A stretch of 64,000 bases of DNA from Spirochaetia bacterium (GTDB taxonomy: Bacteria > Spirochaetota > Spirochaetia > UBA9216), in the NCBI GenBank assembly GCA_963677925.2, contig CAXXYH010000003.1, forward strand, positions 448,001 to 512,000, in the 5' to 3' direction. Shown in pieces: positions 51,701-61,510 of this stretch. The notes under the pieces are model-generated. The model searched no databases. It was not told the origin of the DNA and worked only from the letters and a program-made list of their open reading frames with translations. The first letter of the stretch is position 1; every line of letters begins with the position of its first letter. The translations under genes and the position numbers were made by a program.

Positions 51701-52384
51701 TTAGATTGAGTTTAATAGCAATCTGAACTCTGAAACATTCAGAGTGTTTATCCTGGCGCCGCGCCGGCAGATTTTACTGAGTTTTCTGTCGTTCGTAACA
51801 ATAGTTGTAGTCAAGTCTTTTAAATATAAAGTATGAATTATATCAACAATATCATTTTTATCAGCTGTTTTATTCAAATAGTTATGCCTGTAAAATTTAC
51901 AGGAGTTTATAAAGATATTACTTTCTGAAGCGGTCATAACTGCACCGCCCGGGAGATAATTCATATACTCCACAGATAATATTTCACCGATAGGAATTGT
52001 TTGGTTCAGCAGACATACGCATAAATTTTTATATGACAAGTCCGTTTTACCGATTTTAGATAAAAACTCAGAATGATCATTGCACTTCAAAAGCAATTCT
52101 ACATATTGCTTAAGGCGGTATGAATTTTCTTCAATAGACTGCCCCATATAGCCACCGAATAGCTCCATCATCTTTTGATTTACTGATTCCCAGTCAATGA
52201 ATAGATGATTACAGATTACATCAAGTTTAATTTTCCTTTTTTCAAAATTATCTACAGATAAGCCCTTAATAAATTCTAAAACAGCAACTGAAGATGTGTA
52301 GACATTTATATTTTTTAATCCCAGAAGTTCATCAGCTGAAATGGCAATCAGGGCATTAGCTTCAAGGTAGTAAGAGTTTTTCAC
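51701..52384 (-). CDS. Hypothetical protein, PIN-domain-like nuclease
   Basis: YYLEANAL, S-x5-E, NDIVD-x2-H, IVTNDRKL acidic tetrad pattern; GTGA overlap with the upstream gene. Confidence 0.55.
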   Translation of the reverse strand: MKNSYYLEANALIAISADELLGLKNINVYTSSVAVLEFIKGLSVDNFEKRKIKLDVICNHLFIDWESVNQKMMELFGGYMGQSIEENSYRLKQYVELLLKCNDHSEFLSKIGKTDLSYKNLCVCLLNQTIPIGEILSVEYMNYLPGGAVMTASESNIFINSCKFYRHNYLNKTADKNDIVDIIHTLYLKDLTTTIVTNDRKLSKICRRGARINTLNVSEFRLLLNSI

Positions 52385-52911
52385 TGGTAACGGCCCAATT
52401 CAATTTTCAATCCTAATTCATTCTTCATTGTTAGAAGTGCTTCAACATTTCCCTTTACATCATCTAAAGGATCGTGTGTATGCTCGGTTTTTCGCAGATG
52501 TTTAAAATTTTGTGAATAATCTTTAACCAATCCTTTATACAAACTTCCAAGATTAACTGAGGAATAGCCGAAAGGATTATGTCCAAGAAAATGATGGAAG
52601 TACCAGCATATAAACATCCAGTCATATCCGTTATTATCACTTATAAACACGGCTCTGCTGTCAATACTCTTTCTCAGCCAGTTATTGAATTTACTCATTA
52701 CAGCTTCCGGTTCATCAAACATAAGAGTTTCCTCCCTTGTAAACCCGGATACTGCCAGAGCATCATGATTAAAGTTATCTGAAACCGGTTTAAGCCGACC
52801 GGTAAAACTCAAAGACATTGAAGGCTCCACTATCATTGCAGCAAAACATATCATTGAATAATCACCTGGTATAGGGCCGTCAGATTCTATATCAACCATT
52901 ACTAATGACAT
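52381..52911 (-). CDS. DEDDh 3'-5' exonuclease (Rv2179c-like)
   Basis: VDIESDGPIPG, SDN-x2-YDW, HTHDPLDD. Confidence 0.85.
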   Translation of the reverse strand: MSLVMVDIESDGPIPGDYSMICFAAMIVEPSMSLSFTGRLKPVSDNFNHDALAVSGFTREETLMFDEPEAVMSKFNNWLRKSIDSRAVFISDNNGYDWMFICWYFHHFLGHNPFGYSSVNLGSLYKGLVKDYSQNFKHLRKTEHTHDPLDDVKGNVEALLTMKNELGLKIELGRYQ

Positions 52912-53384
52912 TATTCAACCCCATCAGGAATATTTTCAGACAGCTGCTTTCCCATACTCACGCGTTCTTCAACCATATAGCCGTTTTTAATGTAAAATTC
53001 CTTAACTGATTTATTTTCAGCCATTATCTGAAGATTAATTTTCATACAGCCCATTTGAGATAATGCAGCCTCTGCATACTGCAGCAGAAGAGTACCTACC
53101 CCGGCACTTCTGTACTCCGGCAGAACAGCCAGAGAATATATCCATCCGCGATGACCGTCATATCCGGCCATAACCGTTCCAATTACTTTAGACTCGATTT
53201 CTGCAATATATAGCTGCTGATCTATCGCAAGCTTTTTATCAATCACTAAACCGGGTGAATTCCTAAGGTCTGTATATCCGAAGACCTCCGTCCAGAGTTC
53301 AACCACTTCAGTCCGGTGAATTTTATCATCATATTTTTTTATCATCAGTAGTTTCCTGAATTTTAGAGACTTATCCATAGTCAT
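52911..53384 (-). CDS. GNAT acetyltransferase (YpeA-like)
   Basis: GTVMAGYDGHRGWIYSLAV, GCMKINLQ, SMGK; start uncertain. Confidence 0.9.
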   Translation of the reverse strand: MTMDKSLKFRKLLMIKKYDDKIHRTEVVELWTEVFGYTDLRNSPGLVIDKKLAIDQQLYIAEIESKVIGTVMAGYDGHRGWIYSLAVLPEYRSAGVGTLLLQYAEAALSQMGCMKINLQIMAENKSVKEFYIKNGYMVEERVSMGKQLSENIPDGVE

Positions 53385-53420
53385 GTATTATCATCCTGCT
53401 TATATAAAAAATAGAAGAAA

Positions 53421-54461
53421 TTATAAATCTCTTACCAGTCTCCTGAAGATAGGCATTGCTTTCATAAAGTAATCTTTAGATTCCTGTTTTCCGGAAAAAC
53501 CGTTTTTCGGCATCTGCGTTCTCACAATTACGACATCATAATCAGTGAAAACAAAAATGTCGGTATCAAGGTATCCTGAAGCATAATAACCTTTGACTGT
53601 AACATTTTCATCCAAAATCCACCACAAATATCCCATTTCCTTATTCAGCGGACTGGATACCGTTGCTTTTAAGATATAGTCCTCACTTACTATTTTCTGT
53701 CCTTTCCATATTCCGGTATTTTTCATCAGTATTCCAAGTCTGGCCATATCTCTGGGTGTAGTCTGTAATTCGGAATACAGCCATGGACTTCCTCCATAAC
53801 TATAAAAATGAGTATTCTTCATTCCTAATTTATCAAAAAGATATTCATCGGCAAAATCCTGAGTACTCATACCTGCAACGGAACTGATAATTGGTTCAAG
53901 AAGCTGTACACCCTCATTGCTGTAACTGAATTTTTTACCAGGTTCATAATCAGGCTTTAAACTCAGAACAAATTCTGATTTATTACCGGGGGAAAACCCT
54001 ATACTTGTATTGTCCACACGCTGTTCAAATCCTGCTGAATGTGTCAGTAAATCTACTATCCTGACTTCATCCCGGTACTGCCCGCTCCATTCGGGAATAA
54101 TTTCTGTAACTTTATCCTGATAATGCAATTTACCCATATCAGCAAGAATTCCAACTAAAAGACTTGAAACTACCTTGGTAGACGACATTGCACCGATGGG
54201 TTCGGAATATCTGTCGGAATACCATTCAGAGACTATTTTGTTATTATAGATAATCAGTTGAGAATCTGCTCCCGTTTTTTTGCATAATTCCAGATGATCT
54301 ATAGCGGCTTTTTCTGAGAGCCCGGTTTCTTCTATATCAGCGGTTTCCCAGAATGAATCAGAATTTGAATCATTCTGCGGTGGACTCATTAAAACAAGTT
54401 TATTTGAAGCACAAGCTGCAAGAATGAAAATACTAAAGAGAGTAAATATTACATTTTTCAT
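53421..54461 (-). CDS. Serine hydrolase, beta-lactamase class C-like family, lipoprotein
   Basis: LAAC lipobox; SSTK (SxxK), LLTHSAG, FSYSN, RDMARLG, GYLWW. Confidence 0.88.
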   Translation of the reverse strand: MKNVIFTLFSIFILAACASNKLVLMSPPQNDSNSDSFWETADIEETGLSEKAAIDHLELCKKTGADSQLIIYNNKIVSEWYSDRYSEPIGAMSSTKVVSSLLVGILADMGKLHYQDKVTEIIPEWSGQYRDEVRIVDLLTHSAGFEQRVDNTSIGFSPGNKSEFVLSLKPDYEPGKKFSYSNEGVQLLEPIISSVAGMSTQDFADEYLFDKLGMKNTHFYSYGGSPWLYSELQTTPRDMARLGILMKNTGIWKGQKIVSEDYILKATVSSPLNKEMGYLWWILDENVTVKGYYASGYLDTDIFVFTDYDVVIVRTQMPKNGFSGKQESKDYFMKAMPIFRRLVRDL

Positions 54462-54517
54462 GTTATAGAGTATAACATTAATTTTATTTTTATAAATTCA
54501 AAATTACTAATTGGTGC

Positions 54518-55183
54518 TTAATCAAAGCTGCTGGAGCTGAGCTTTTCCCAGACGTTTTGAGCAATACTCACACAAGTATGAATGCTTTCCTGATTCACTC
54601 CAACAGCCAGTAAATTCCAGACTGTCGCCTGTACTGCGATCTCAGTATCAGGCATATCACTATTTCTGAATTCTTCGATAACTGTTAAAAGTGCCCCCTG
54701 CCACAAAACTGCAGCCATTGAAGCAGACAGACCCTCAGGAAGAATATGACTGTTTGATAGTACGTTACGGGTGCGTTCGAACATATATGATCTGAGTTTT
54801 ATATTTGATTTTGTACGCAATTCCGGAATCAGCAGAATCTTGGAAATTTTAATATCCTGTAGGCCTAAGCAAACTCCGGTATACATCATGGAAGCCAGTA
54901 CCCCATATATCCCGCTATCTGAATTCCCTGCTAATTCACCGGCTTTATCAATGAGATTACCTAGCTTTTCAAGTTCACGCTGAACAAGCTGATCAAGCAA
55001 ATCATCCTTATCTTTAAAATAAAAATAAAAATTCCCGTTCGATGTTGCTGCGGCTTCTATTGTTTTACGAACAGTTAAAGCTTTAAATCCTTTTGCAGTC
55101 AAAATCTCTACAGCAGAATTCAGCAGTTTTTCCTTCATTTCTTCACAATGCTGAATTCTGTTGTCTGTCTTTCTGTAAGGCAC
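54518..55183 (-). CDS. TetR/AcrR family regulator
   Basis: LLNSA..KGF..GNFYFYFKDKDDL. Confidence 0.87.
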   Translation of the reverse strand: MPYRKTDNRIQHCEEMKEKLLNSAVEILTAKGFKALTVRKTIEAAATSNGNFYFYFKDKDDLLDQLVQRELEKLGNLIDKAGELAGNSDSGIYGVLASMMYTGVCLGLQDIKISKILLIPELRTKSNIKLRSYMFERTRNVLSNSHILPEGLSASMAAVLWQGALLTVIEEFRNSDMPDTEIAVQATVWNLLAVGVNQESIHTCVSIAQNVWEKLSSSSFD

Positions 55184-55531
55184 CTAAACCTCCGAATAAT
55201 GAGTATGTTTAAATGCATCATCATACTTGTATCCATAACCTAATGCATGATCCATTCCGATATGGGCCGTCCAGATAAGTGCGGCGGCCAGCCAGAAGCG
55301 CCCCGGGGTTATAAAACTCAGCAGCAACAGTGCTGCCGGCCATAAGAGTGAGTGTCCTATATTGTACACTCTGGCACCAATCCTGGGATTCAACAGATAA
55401 CCAAGCATGAAAATATCTGGTGTAAATAAGAATAAAGGAAAAATCCACCATTGATAGCCGAAATGGATAAACAGCCCAAGACCTAGACCAAACAATATTA
55501 AACCATCTATATGCAAACTTATTTTAGGCAT
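55184..55531 (-). CDS. DUF4260 family membrane protein
   Basis: PDIFMLGYL..GA-x2-YN-x2-H..AHIGMD-x-ALGYG-x-K..F-x-HTH. Confidence 0.87.
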   Translation of the reverse strand: MPKISLHIDGLILFGLGLGLFIHFGYQWWIFPLFLFTPDIFMLGYLLNPRIGARVYNIGHSLLWPAALLLLSFITPGRFWLAAALIWTAHIGMDHALGYGYKYDDAFKHTHYSEV

Positions 55532-55543
55532 TAAAAACTCCTT

Positions 55544-55570
55544 ATAAAACAGAGCACTGCTCCATTCTAT
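55544..55570. promoter_or_regulatory. Palindromic operator candidate for the DUF4260-TetR operon
   Basis: ATAAAACAGAGCA-C-TGCTCCATTCTAT, 10 of 13 arm positions complementary, just upstream of the RBS. Confidence 0.5.
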
Positions 55571-55662
55571 AATCAATGTATCTCTAAAATAAAAATAAAA
55601 CAAGTTTTTTTTGACAATATTTGTAAGGTTTATATGTTTTAAAATTATTCAACGAACCTTTT

Positions 55663-56424
55663 CTACAGCTTTTCCCTGGCAAAAACTATCCTGTCGTCAG
55701 TGGAGGCTTCTTCACAAAACTTGTAACGGGAGAGGTCAAAACTTTTTAACTTCTCAATAGACTCTATTTTCTCCTTTGCAATATAACGTGTCATAAGACC
55801 GCGAGCCTGCTTTGAGTAAGTTGGCAGAGATTTCATATTGTTTCCCTGATCTTCCATAAAATCAACGGTAACAAACGACCCTTTGAGCTTTTTTCGGTTC
55901 ACAGCTTTGCTGTATTCTTCAGAAGCTAAATTTAAAAGGGGTTCTCCATCCTGCAGATGGTCATTGAGTGAAGCGGTTATTTTCTCCTTCCAGAATGAGT
56001 AGAGATTTACTGACGGGAAAGTCTCTGTAAAAGCTGGCAGAGTTTGTGAGATATCAAGACGGTAAGGTGATATCAGGTCAAGCGGTCTAAGAATTCCGTA
56101 CAATCCTGATAATATAAAAAGATTTTCCTGCAGAAAGAGTATACCCTTTTCATCTAAGGTTCTGCTGTTGAGATTTTGAAAGACCAGGCCTCCATAGGTG
56201 AAAATCGCGGCGGTGTTCCGGGTAGTTCCAAATTCCGTAAGATAAGACTCTGCCTCTGCTGCAATCTTTGGGCTGCATTTGTAAAAAGCTTTTAGATCAT
56301 TGATGCTACGTAAAACTAACATGATGCTGTCTGCTTCTTTCTGAAAGAGAGGATTAGTTTCATAAAAGCTGGAAACTTCAGCCTGATGATGAAAGGTTTT
56401 AGCAGGAGATAGTATAATTTTCAT
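55663..56424 (-). CDS. yaaA: Peroxide stress protein YaaA (UPF0246)
   Basis: ILSPAKT, ILSGLYGILRPLD-x-I-x-PYRL, NLASEEY, KQARGLM. Confidence 0.92.
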   Translation of the reverse strand: MKIILSPAKTFHHQAEVSSFYETNPLFQKEADSIMLVLRSINDLKAFYKCSPKIAAEAESYLTEFGTTRNTAAIFTYGGLVFQNLNSRTLDEKGILFLQENLFILSGLYGILRPLDLISPYRLDISQTLPAFTETFPSVNLYSFWKEKITASLNDHLQDGEPLLNLASEEYSKAVNRKKLKGSFVTVDFMEDQGNNMKSLPTYSKQARGLMTRYIAKEKIESIEKLKSFDLSRYKFCEEASTDDRIVFAREKL

Positions 56425-56654
56425 AAAGTAAATTTTTCAATTACTGACATTATGCCTGTTATCTTGGGAGTCGTTCTGCTCTCGGCTTCTGCTATGACCT
56501 CATCGGAAAAATGTTCTTTTAGAAAAGTATCAACATCCATCCTTGCAAACCAGCAGTTCCTGAAGGATGAACAATATAGTTTCTGGCCCGGGGACAGGCA
56601 GTATGATACCGGAATGTGATGTCCAAGTTTTCTACAGTAAATTTCTTTATCCAT
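56421..56654 (-). CDS. Small Cys-rich hypothetical protein
   Basis: 77 aa with C-x2-LGH..YC..C..CW; ATGA overlap with yaaA. Confidence 0.7.
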   Translation of the reverse strand: MDKEIYCRKLGHHIPVSYCLSPGQKLYCSSFRNCWFARMDVDTFLKEHFSDEVIAEAESRTTPKITGIMSVIEKFTL

Positions 56655-56665
56655 TTTCTGATAAA

Positions 56666-56685
56666 GCCCCCTTATTTAAGGGGGC
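56666..56685 (-). terminator. Hairpin downstream of trpB2
   Basis: GCCCCCTTA-tt-TAAGGGGGC followed by TTT on the minus strand. Confidence 0.6.
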
Positions 56686-56711
56686 ATAATTCCTTAAATT
56701 GATATACAAGC

Positions 56712-58085
56712 CTATCTGGCGGGTATTTTTGGGAAATCCTTAATCTTTGAAAGATTCTCTGCAATCTGCTCCGGAGGAAGTGCATAGTCAAAAAGATCAC
56801 CGGCCATATAAGCCTGGTAACCCTTAAGATCCATAAGACCGTGACCTGAGAGGCCCATCACTATTACCTTTTCCTTTCCCTCTTCTTTAGCCTTGTTTGC
56901 TTCTCTGATTGTCGCAGCAACCGCATGACTGGTTTCAGGTGCAATTATTATACCCTCTGTCCTGGCAAAGGTCATTGCAGCTTCATAGCATTCCAGCTGA
57001 TGAATTGCCTGAGGTGTAAGAAGTCCTGAAATTGCAGCCTGGGATACAAGCGGAGACATACCGTGGTAACGGAGACCGCCGGCATGAATAGGAGGCGGAA
57101 TAAAATTATGTCCCAAGGTATGCATTGCCATCAGTGGAGTCATCCCTGACATATCACCGATATCATATGTAAAGCTTCCGCCGGTCATTGTCGGACATGA
57201 AGCAGGCTCAACCGGAATAATCTCGATATCATCACCATTAATCTTGTCCCTGACAAATGGGAATGCCAGTCCGGCAAAATTGGAACCGCCGCCTGCACAT
57301 CCGATTACCACATCAGGCTTATCAATTCCAAACTTCTTCAGCTGAACCTTTGTTTCCTGACCGATAATAGTCTGATGGAGCATTACATGATTCAGAACTG
57401 AACCCAAAGCGTACTTGGTTTCACCAGTCGGATCTGATACAGCCTCTTCAACAGCCTCGCTTATAGCGATTCCGAGACTGCCCGGAGTATCCGGATCCAT
57501 TTCAAGCATCTCTCGGCCGGTTTTCGTTTCATTGCTGGGACTTGCGACACAGTGACCGCCCCAGACCTGCATCATTACCTTACGGAAAGGTTTCTGATCA
57601 AAGCTGATCCGCACCATATAGATTTTACATTTAAGATCAAGCTGGGCACATGCAAAGGAAAGGGCGCTTCCCCACTGTCCTGCACCAGTTTCGGTGGTCA
57701 GCTTTTTAATACCTGCAACCTTGTTATAATATGCCTGTGCTACAGCGGTATTCGGTTTATGGCTTCCTGCAGGAGAGACGCTTTCATTTTTATAATAAAT
57801 TTTAGCAGGTGTACCCAGAGCTTTTTCCAGGGCTACAGCCCGATGAAGCGGTGAAGGTCTCCACTTGTAAAGGATTTCAAGAACTTCCTGCGGAATTGCA
57901 ATTTCTCTTTCCTGCGACATTTCCTGTTCAATAAGATTCATAGGAAATATGGGAGCCATCATATCCGGTGTAACGGGATTTCCGTCGGGACCAAGGTAAG
58001 GAAGCATCGGTGTGGGCAGATCCGCTGCTATGTTGTACCACTTGCGGGGTATTTCATCCTCGGCAAGATACATTTTAATAGGCAT
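56712..58085 (-). CDS. trpB2: TrpB-like PLP enzyme (TrpB2)
   Basis: [50 protein letters not shown]. Confidence 0.95.
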   Translation of the reverse strand: MPIKMYLAEDEIPRKWYNIAADLPTPMLPYLGPDGNPVTPDMMAPIFPMNLIEQEMSQEREIAIPQEVLEILYKWRPSPLHRAVALEKALGTPAKIYYKNESVSPAGSHKPNTAVAQAYYNKVAGIKKLTTETGAGQWGSALSFACAQLDLKCKIYMVRISFDQKPFRKVMMQVWGGHCVASPSNETKTGREMLEMDPDTPGSLGIAISEAVEEAVSDPTGETKYALGSVLNHVMLHQTIIGQETKVQLKKFGIDKPDVVIGCAGGGSNFAGLAFPFVRDKINGDDIEIIPVEPASCPTMTGGSFTYDIGDMSGMTPLMAMHTLGHNFIPPPIHAGGLRYHGMSPLVSQAAISGLLTPQAIHQLECYEAAMTFARTEGIIIAPETSHAVAATIREANKAKEEGKEKVIVMGLSGHGLMDLKGYQAYMAGDLFDYALPPEQIAENLSKIKDFPKIPAR

Positions 58086-58238
58086 TTTCTCCTCCTGAAA
58101 TATTCAACGTTACTTTAAATAGAATCGTTTCTACTAGAAGTAACATTAAACCGGTTTCAGTCCGCTGTCAACAAAGAAATTAAAATTAAACAATCTGTAA
58201 AGGGTGTTGAATACAGCAGGAAAAAATTATTCCAATAA

Positions 58239-58769
58239 TTATCTGCAGCGAAGGAATCGGGTTTTGACCAGCGAAGAATTTAGTATTTCAGTCTCAACAG
58301 CTTTAAACTGTTTCCCGCTATTAAATTCCCCGAATAAAGGAATTCCGCCGCCGAGAACAACAGAAACCCTTGTGATGATCATTTCATCAATTAAATCGTA
58401 CTCAAGGAAACTTTGTATTGTCTTTCCGCCGTCGATGTAAAGGTTCTTAAAACCTTCTTCATTTAGTGTTTTTACAATATCAGGGATATTACCGGTTACA
58501 ATTGAAGCTCTGTTTCCAAGATGTTCCGGGAGTTCTTTAAGTCTGCTGCTTAAAACAAATACTTTTTTTGTATACGGCCAGATGCCGAATGTGAGAACCT
58601 TTTCAAAAGTATTCCTTCCCATCACAACAGCATCGATATTGTCCATAAACTCGCTGAAACCGTAATCGCTGCTTCCGGGATTGGGTATATCTTCCAGCCA
58701 TTGCAGACCTCTGTCTTTATCAGCTATGAAACCGTCCAGTGACGCTGCAATATAAACAGAATTTCTCAA
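58239..58769 (-). CDS. Dihydrofolate reductase / RibD C-terminal family protein
   Basis: YIAASLDGFIA, MGRNTFE, YIDGGKTIQ, LGGGIPLF. Confidence 0.9.
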   Translation of the reverse strand: MRNSVYIAASLDGFIADKDRGLQWLEDIPNPGSSDYGFSEFMDNIDAVVMGRNTFEKVLTFGIWPYTKKVFVLSSRLKELPEHLGNRASIVTGNIPDIVKTLNEEGFKNLYIDGGKTIQSFLEYDLIDEMIITRVSVVLGGGIPLFGEFNSGKQFKAVETEILNSSLVKTRFLRCR

Positions 58770-58770
58770 T

Positions 58771-59619
58771 TTACTCTGCCTGTTTTTCTTTAAAGAAATC
58801 TGAAAGGTGTCGTTTACCGTAAAGAGGAGCTTCCATACTCATCACCATCGTAGTCATAAAAAACTCCATAGGACCATAGACTTTTGAACTGGTAAAAGTT
58901 TTAAGAAGAAACAGTGCGGTTTTTCTTATCCAGTCAGGAAGGTGTGTAATTTTCACTGGTTTGGAACAAGCTTCAAATGCAAGTTCCGCTATCTCATTCT
59001 GCGAGAGCATATCAGGTCCGCCAATATCCATCTCTTTAATATCTTCTTCAGCAGCGTTAACAATCGCTTCTGCAAGATCCGCCCCGTCTATCGGATTCAG
59101 TTTTAGTTTTCCGTCTCCGAAAAGAAAGATTCGGCCTTTACCTGCCATTGATAAAAAATCTTTCATGTCAGAAAAAAAGCCGTTCGGCCTGATAATACAG
59201 TATTCAAGTCCTGAAGCTTTCAGATAATCAACGAGCCTTTCCTTGGCTTCGCAGATCTTGATGTTTCTAAGCTGTTCGCCGTTCAGGACAGAAACATAAA
59301 CAAATTTCTTAACATTGGCTTTTTTAGCTGCATCAATAAGATTAGCGTTAGCCTGATAATCGACATCCATATATTTAAGACCGTCTTTCTGTCTGGTTAT
59401 TCCGACTGTGCTGAATACAGTGTCAATTCCTTCAAAAACACCTTCAAGAGATTCCGGCTCTGTAACCCTTGCCTCAATAATCTTAAGGAAGCGGCTATTA
59501 CGATTAACACGTTTTTTATCACGTACAATCATTACAGTGTTTAAATTTCTTGATAACAGTTCATTGACTATGTGACTGCCGAGATATCCTGTACCTCCGG
59601 CTACCAGTACTTTATTCAT
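58771..59619 (-). CDS. NAD(P)-binding SDR/NmrA-like oxidoreductase
   Basis: VAGGTGYLG, VGITRQKDG, VDYQAN, IRPNGFFSD. Confidence 0.88.
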   Translation of the reverse strand: MNKVLVAGGTGYLGSHIVNELLSRNLNTVMIVRDKKRVNRNSRFLKIIEARVTEPESLEGVFEGIDTVFSTVGITRQKDGLKYMDVDYQANANLIDAAKKANVKKFVYVSVLNGEQLRNIKICEAKERLVDYLKASGLEYCIIRPNGFFSDMKDFLSMAGKGRIFLFGDGKLKLNPIDGADLAEAIVNAAEEDIKEMDIGGPDMLSQNEIAELAFEACSKPVKITHLPDWIRKTALFLLKTFTSSKVYGPMEFFMTTMVMSMEAPLYGKRHLSDFFKEKQAE

Positions 59620-59629
59620 GTTTAATCCT

Positions 59630-59980
59630 TTATCTGTTGAATATTTTGTCCAGTGATTTACCCTTCGCAAGTTCATCAATAAGTTTATCAAGATATCGGA
59701 TTTTCCGCATCAGTTCATCTTCAATCTCTTCAATCCTGTAACCGCAGATAACACCTTTTATCTTTGAAACATCAGGATTCAGCTGAGGGACCCGGGCAAA
59801 AAATGTTTCAAAATCTGCTTTACTGTCAATCTGAGCCTTTAGTCCGTCAGCATCATAACCTGTTAACCAGTAAATAATTTCATCAACCTCAGCTTTATTC
59901 CGGCCCTTCCGCTCCGCCTTTTGAATATATAAAGGATAAATATCAGCAAAGGGTGTTTTAAAAATATTATGTTTTGGCAT
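59630..59980 (-). CDS. DUF2200 family protein
   Basis: KAERKGR, WLTGY, GVICGYRIEEI, IRYLDKLIDELAKG. Confidence 0.9.
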   Translation of the reverse strand: MPKHNIFKTPFADIYPLYIQKAERKGRNKAEVDEIIYWLTGYDADGLKAQIDSKADFETFFARVPQLNPDVSKIKGVICGYRIEEIEDELMRKIRYLDKLIDELAKGKSLDKIFNR

Positions 59981-59997
59981 CTACGCTCCCTGATAAA

Positions 59998-60420
59998 TTA
60001 CTGCCATAAAGCAATTACACCGCCGAACAGACAGTATGTAACAAGATAGAGAACATTATTGATAATCAGAACTACCGGCTTTCGGCCTTCAAACTGAGTA
60101 TTAAGGCTGTGTGTAAGGGCAAAAGTAAACCAGGCAACGGCACCAGTAAGCAGTCCAGTCATAAAATTACCGCCGATTGAATGAATAATTACCTGCAGGC
60201 CGTATGAAAGGAGAAAGGAGGCTGCCACGGAACCTCCCATCAGCCTCGGCATACTCTTTTTATCTTCCTCTGTCATCTCCGTCTTATTCGGATCTACTCC
60301 TACACCAATCTGCCATGCTTTAAACCATGGCATCGGCGGTGAGTAATATAACCAGCTTAATATGAAATTTGCAGCAGCGACTGCAAAGAATGGACCAATC
60401 GAAACATGAAAATCCAGCAT
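59998..60420 (-). CDS. DUF1761 family membrane protein
   Basis: 4 TM; WLYYSP..F-x2-W, FEGR-x5-IN. Confidence 0.75.
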   Translation of the reverse strand: MLDFHVSIGPFFAVAAANFILSWLYYSPPMPWFKAWQIGVGVDPNKTEMTEEDKKSMPRLMGGSVAASFLLSYGLQVIIHSIGGNFMTGLLTGAVAWFTFALTHSLNTQFEGRKPVVLIINNVLYLVTYCLFGGVIALWQ

Positions 60421-60488
60421 AGGGACCTCCTGAAAATGAAAGGTATATTCCTTAATATAATCAATTTTATTGGGTTTACAAACAGAAT

Positions 60489-60829
60489 TTATCTGCCGGA
60501 TCTTTTCGGCAGGAATAACCCGACTTTTTTTGTGTACTCAATGTATTCACGGCCGAATCTCAACGCCAGATCATTATCTTCAACCACAGTGTAACATAAA
60601 AAAAGAGGTATCCATATAAGCGAAAAAATCAGGAGGGTCAGACTGTTCAGGATCATGGCAATCCCGAACCCTGAGAGCATTTCTCCCAGAGTCTGGGGGT
60701 GCCGCATAAAAGATAGGCTTTATCTTCTATCCTTAGAGACATGGATGCCGGCTGAAGGCTTAGAATATAAAATACTGTCAGACCCATAGTGCCGATAAAA
60801 ATCATTATTCCGGAAATGAGTGAAATCAT
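60489..60829 (-). pseudogene. Isoprenylcysteine carboxylmethyltransferase/PEMT-family gene with internal deletion and frameshift
   Basis: GGAG RBS and ATG at 60829 give MISLISG..QPA..KAYLLCG, joined out of frame to the C-terminal MRHPQ..E-x3-L-x2-RFG-x-EY-x-EY..V. Confidence 0.7.
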
Positions 60830-60901
60830 TTTCAGCTCCTGTCAGGGATGCAAGGCTATAATTAATTATATTGATTTATTACTCTGCAAACAATCTTCTT
60901 C

Positions 60902-61411
60902 TCAATCATAGATGTACTCCATGGTAATGCAGCACCATTCTTTCTGAATAGTCTGATAAAACTGCAGTTCTTTTTTCACTTCTTTAAATCCTGACTTCCT
61001 GTAGCAGTTTATTGCGGGAATATTAAAATCAAAAACCCTCAGTGACAGCTTCTTCAGCCCTAGTCTTTCTTTACCAAAGAATTTCATACTTTCGATCAGT
61101 TCAAAACCGTAATTTTTTCCCCGATATGCATCTCTTATGAAAACCCGACCGATAGAAGCACTCTTTTCCTTTTTATCAATTCTTAGGAACTGGCAATGTC
61201 CTATAGGAATATTTGATTTAGGGTCAACAGGTTTAAAAAGAATACTGTTCTGTTCCTCCATTGTCAGGAGCAACTGCTGCTCAGTAAGCGGGTATTTAAA
61301 ATTACGCCCGGCAAACTGTATAAGGAATTCGGCATCAGCATCAGTCAGCCAGCTTAGTAACTGCGGGATATCATCTTGTGTAAATCTTGCAAGTTTAATC
61401 ATCTGCATCAC
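60902..61411 (-). CDS. GNAT acetyltransferase (RimJ/RimL-like)
   Basis: IGRVFI..YRGKNYG, LRVFDFN-x2-AI-x-CY-x2-SGF. Confidence 0.88.
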   Translation of the reverse strand: MMQMIKLARFTQDDIPQLLSWLTDADAEFLIQFAGRNFKYPLTEQQLLLTMEEQNSILFKPVDPKSNIPIGHCQFLRIDKKEKSASIGRVFIRDAYRGKNYGFELIESMKFFGKERLGLKKLSLRVFDFNIPAINCYRKSGFKEVKKELQFYQTIQKEWCCITMEYIYD

Positions 61412-61445
61412 AATAATAACACAGAATCAGTAAAATATATAAAAA

Positions 61446-61466
61446 GACCGGTGTTTAAAACCGGTC
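61446..61466 (-). terminator. Rho-independent terminator of the serC-lrp operon
   Basis: GACCGGT-gtttaaa-ACCGGTC followed by TTTTT on the minus strand. Confidence 0.7.
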
Positions 61467-61510
61467 CGGATTTATTCGGGTTAAATAGTTTTTACAAGGC
61501 GACTGCGGAA

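Noticed and set aside
53421-54461. True beta-lactam resistance gene
   Set aside because: It has SxxK and YxN, but the third motif is YASG rather than KTG, which fits the broad esterase/amidase branch.
50071-61411. Run of small, same-strand, unrelated genes (GNATs, DHFR-like, DUFs, hydrolases) resembling an integron cassette array
   Set aside because: No repeated attC-like element in the spacers, several genes overlap directly, and there is no integrase in the window.
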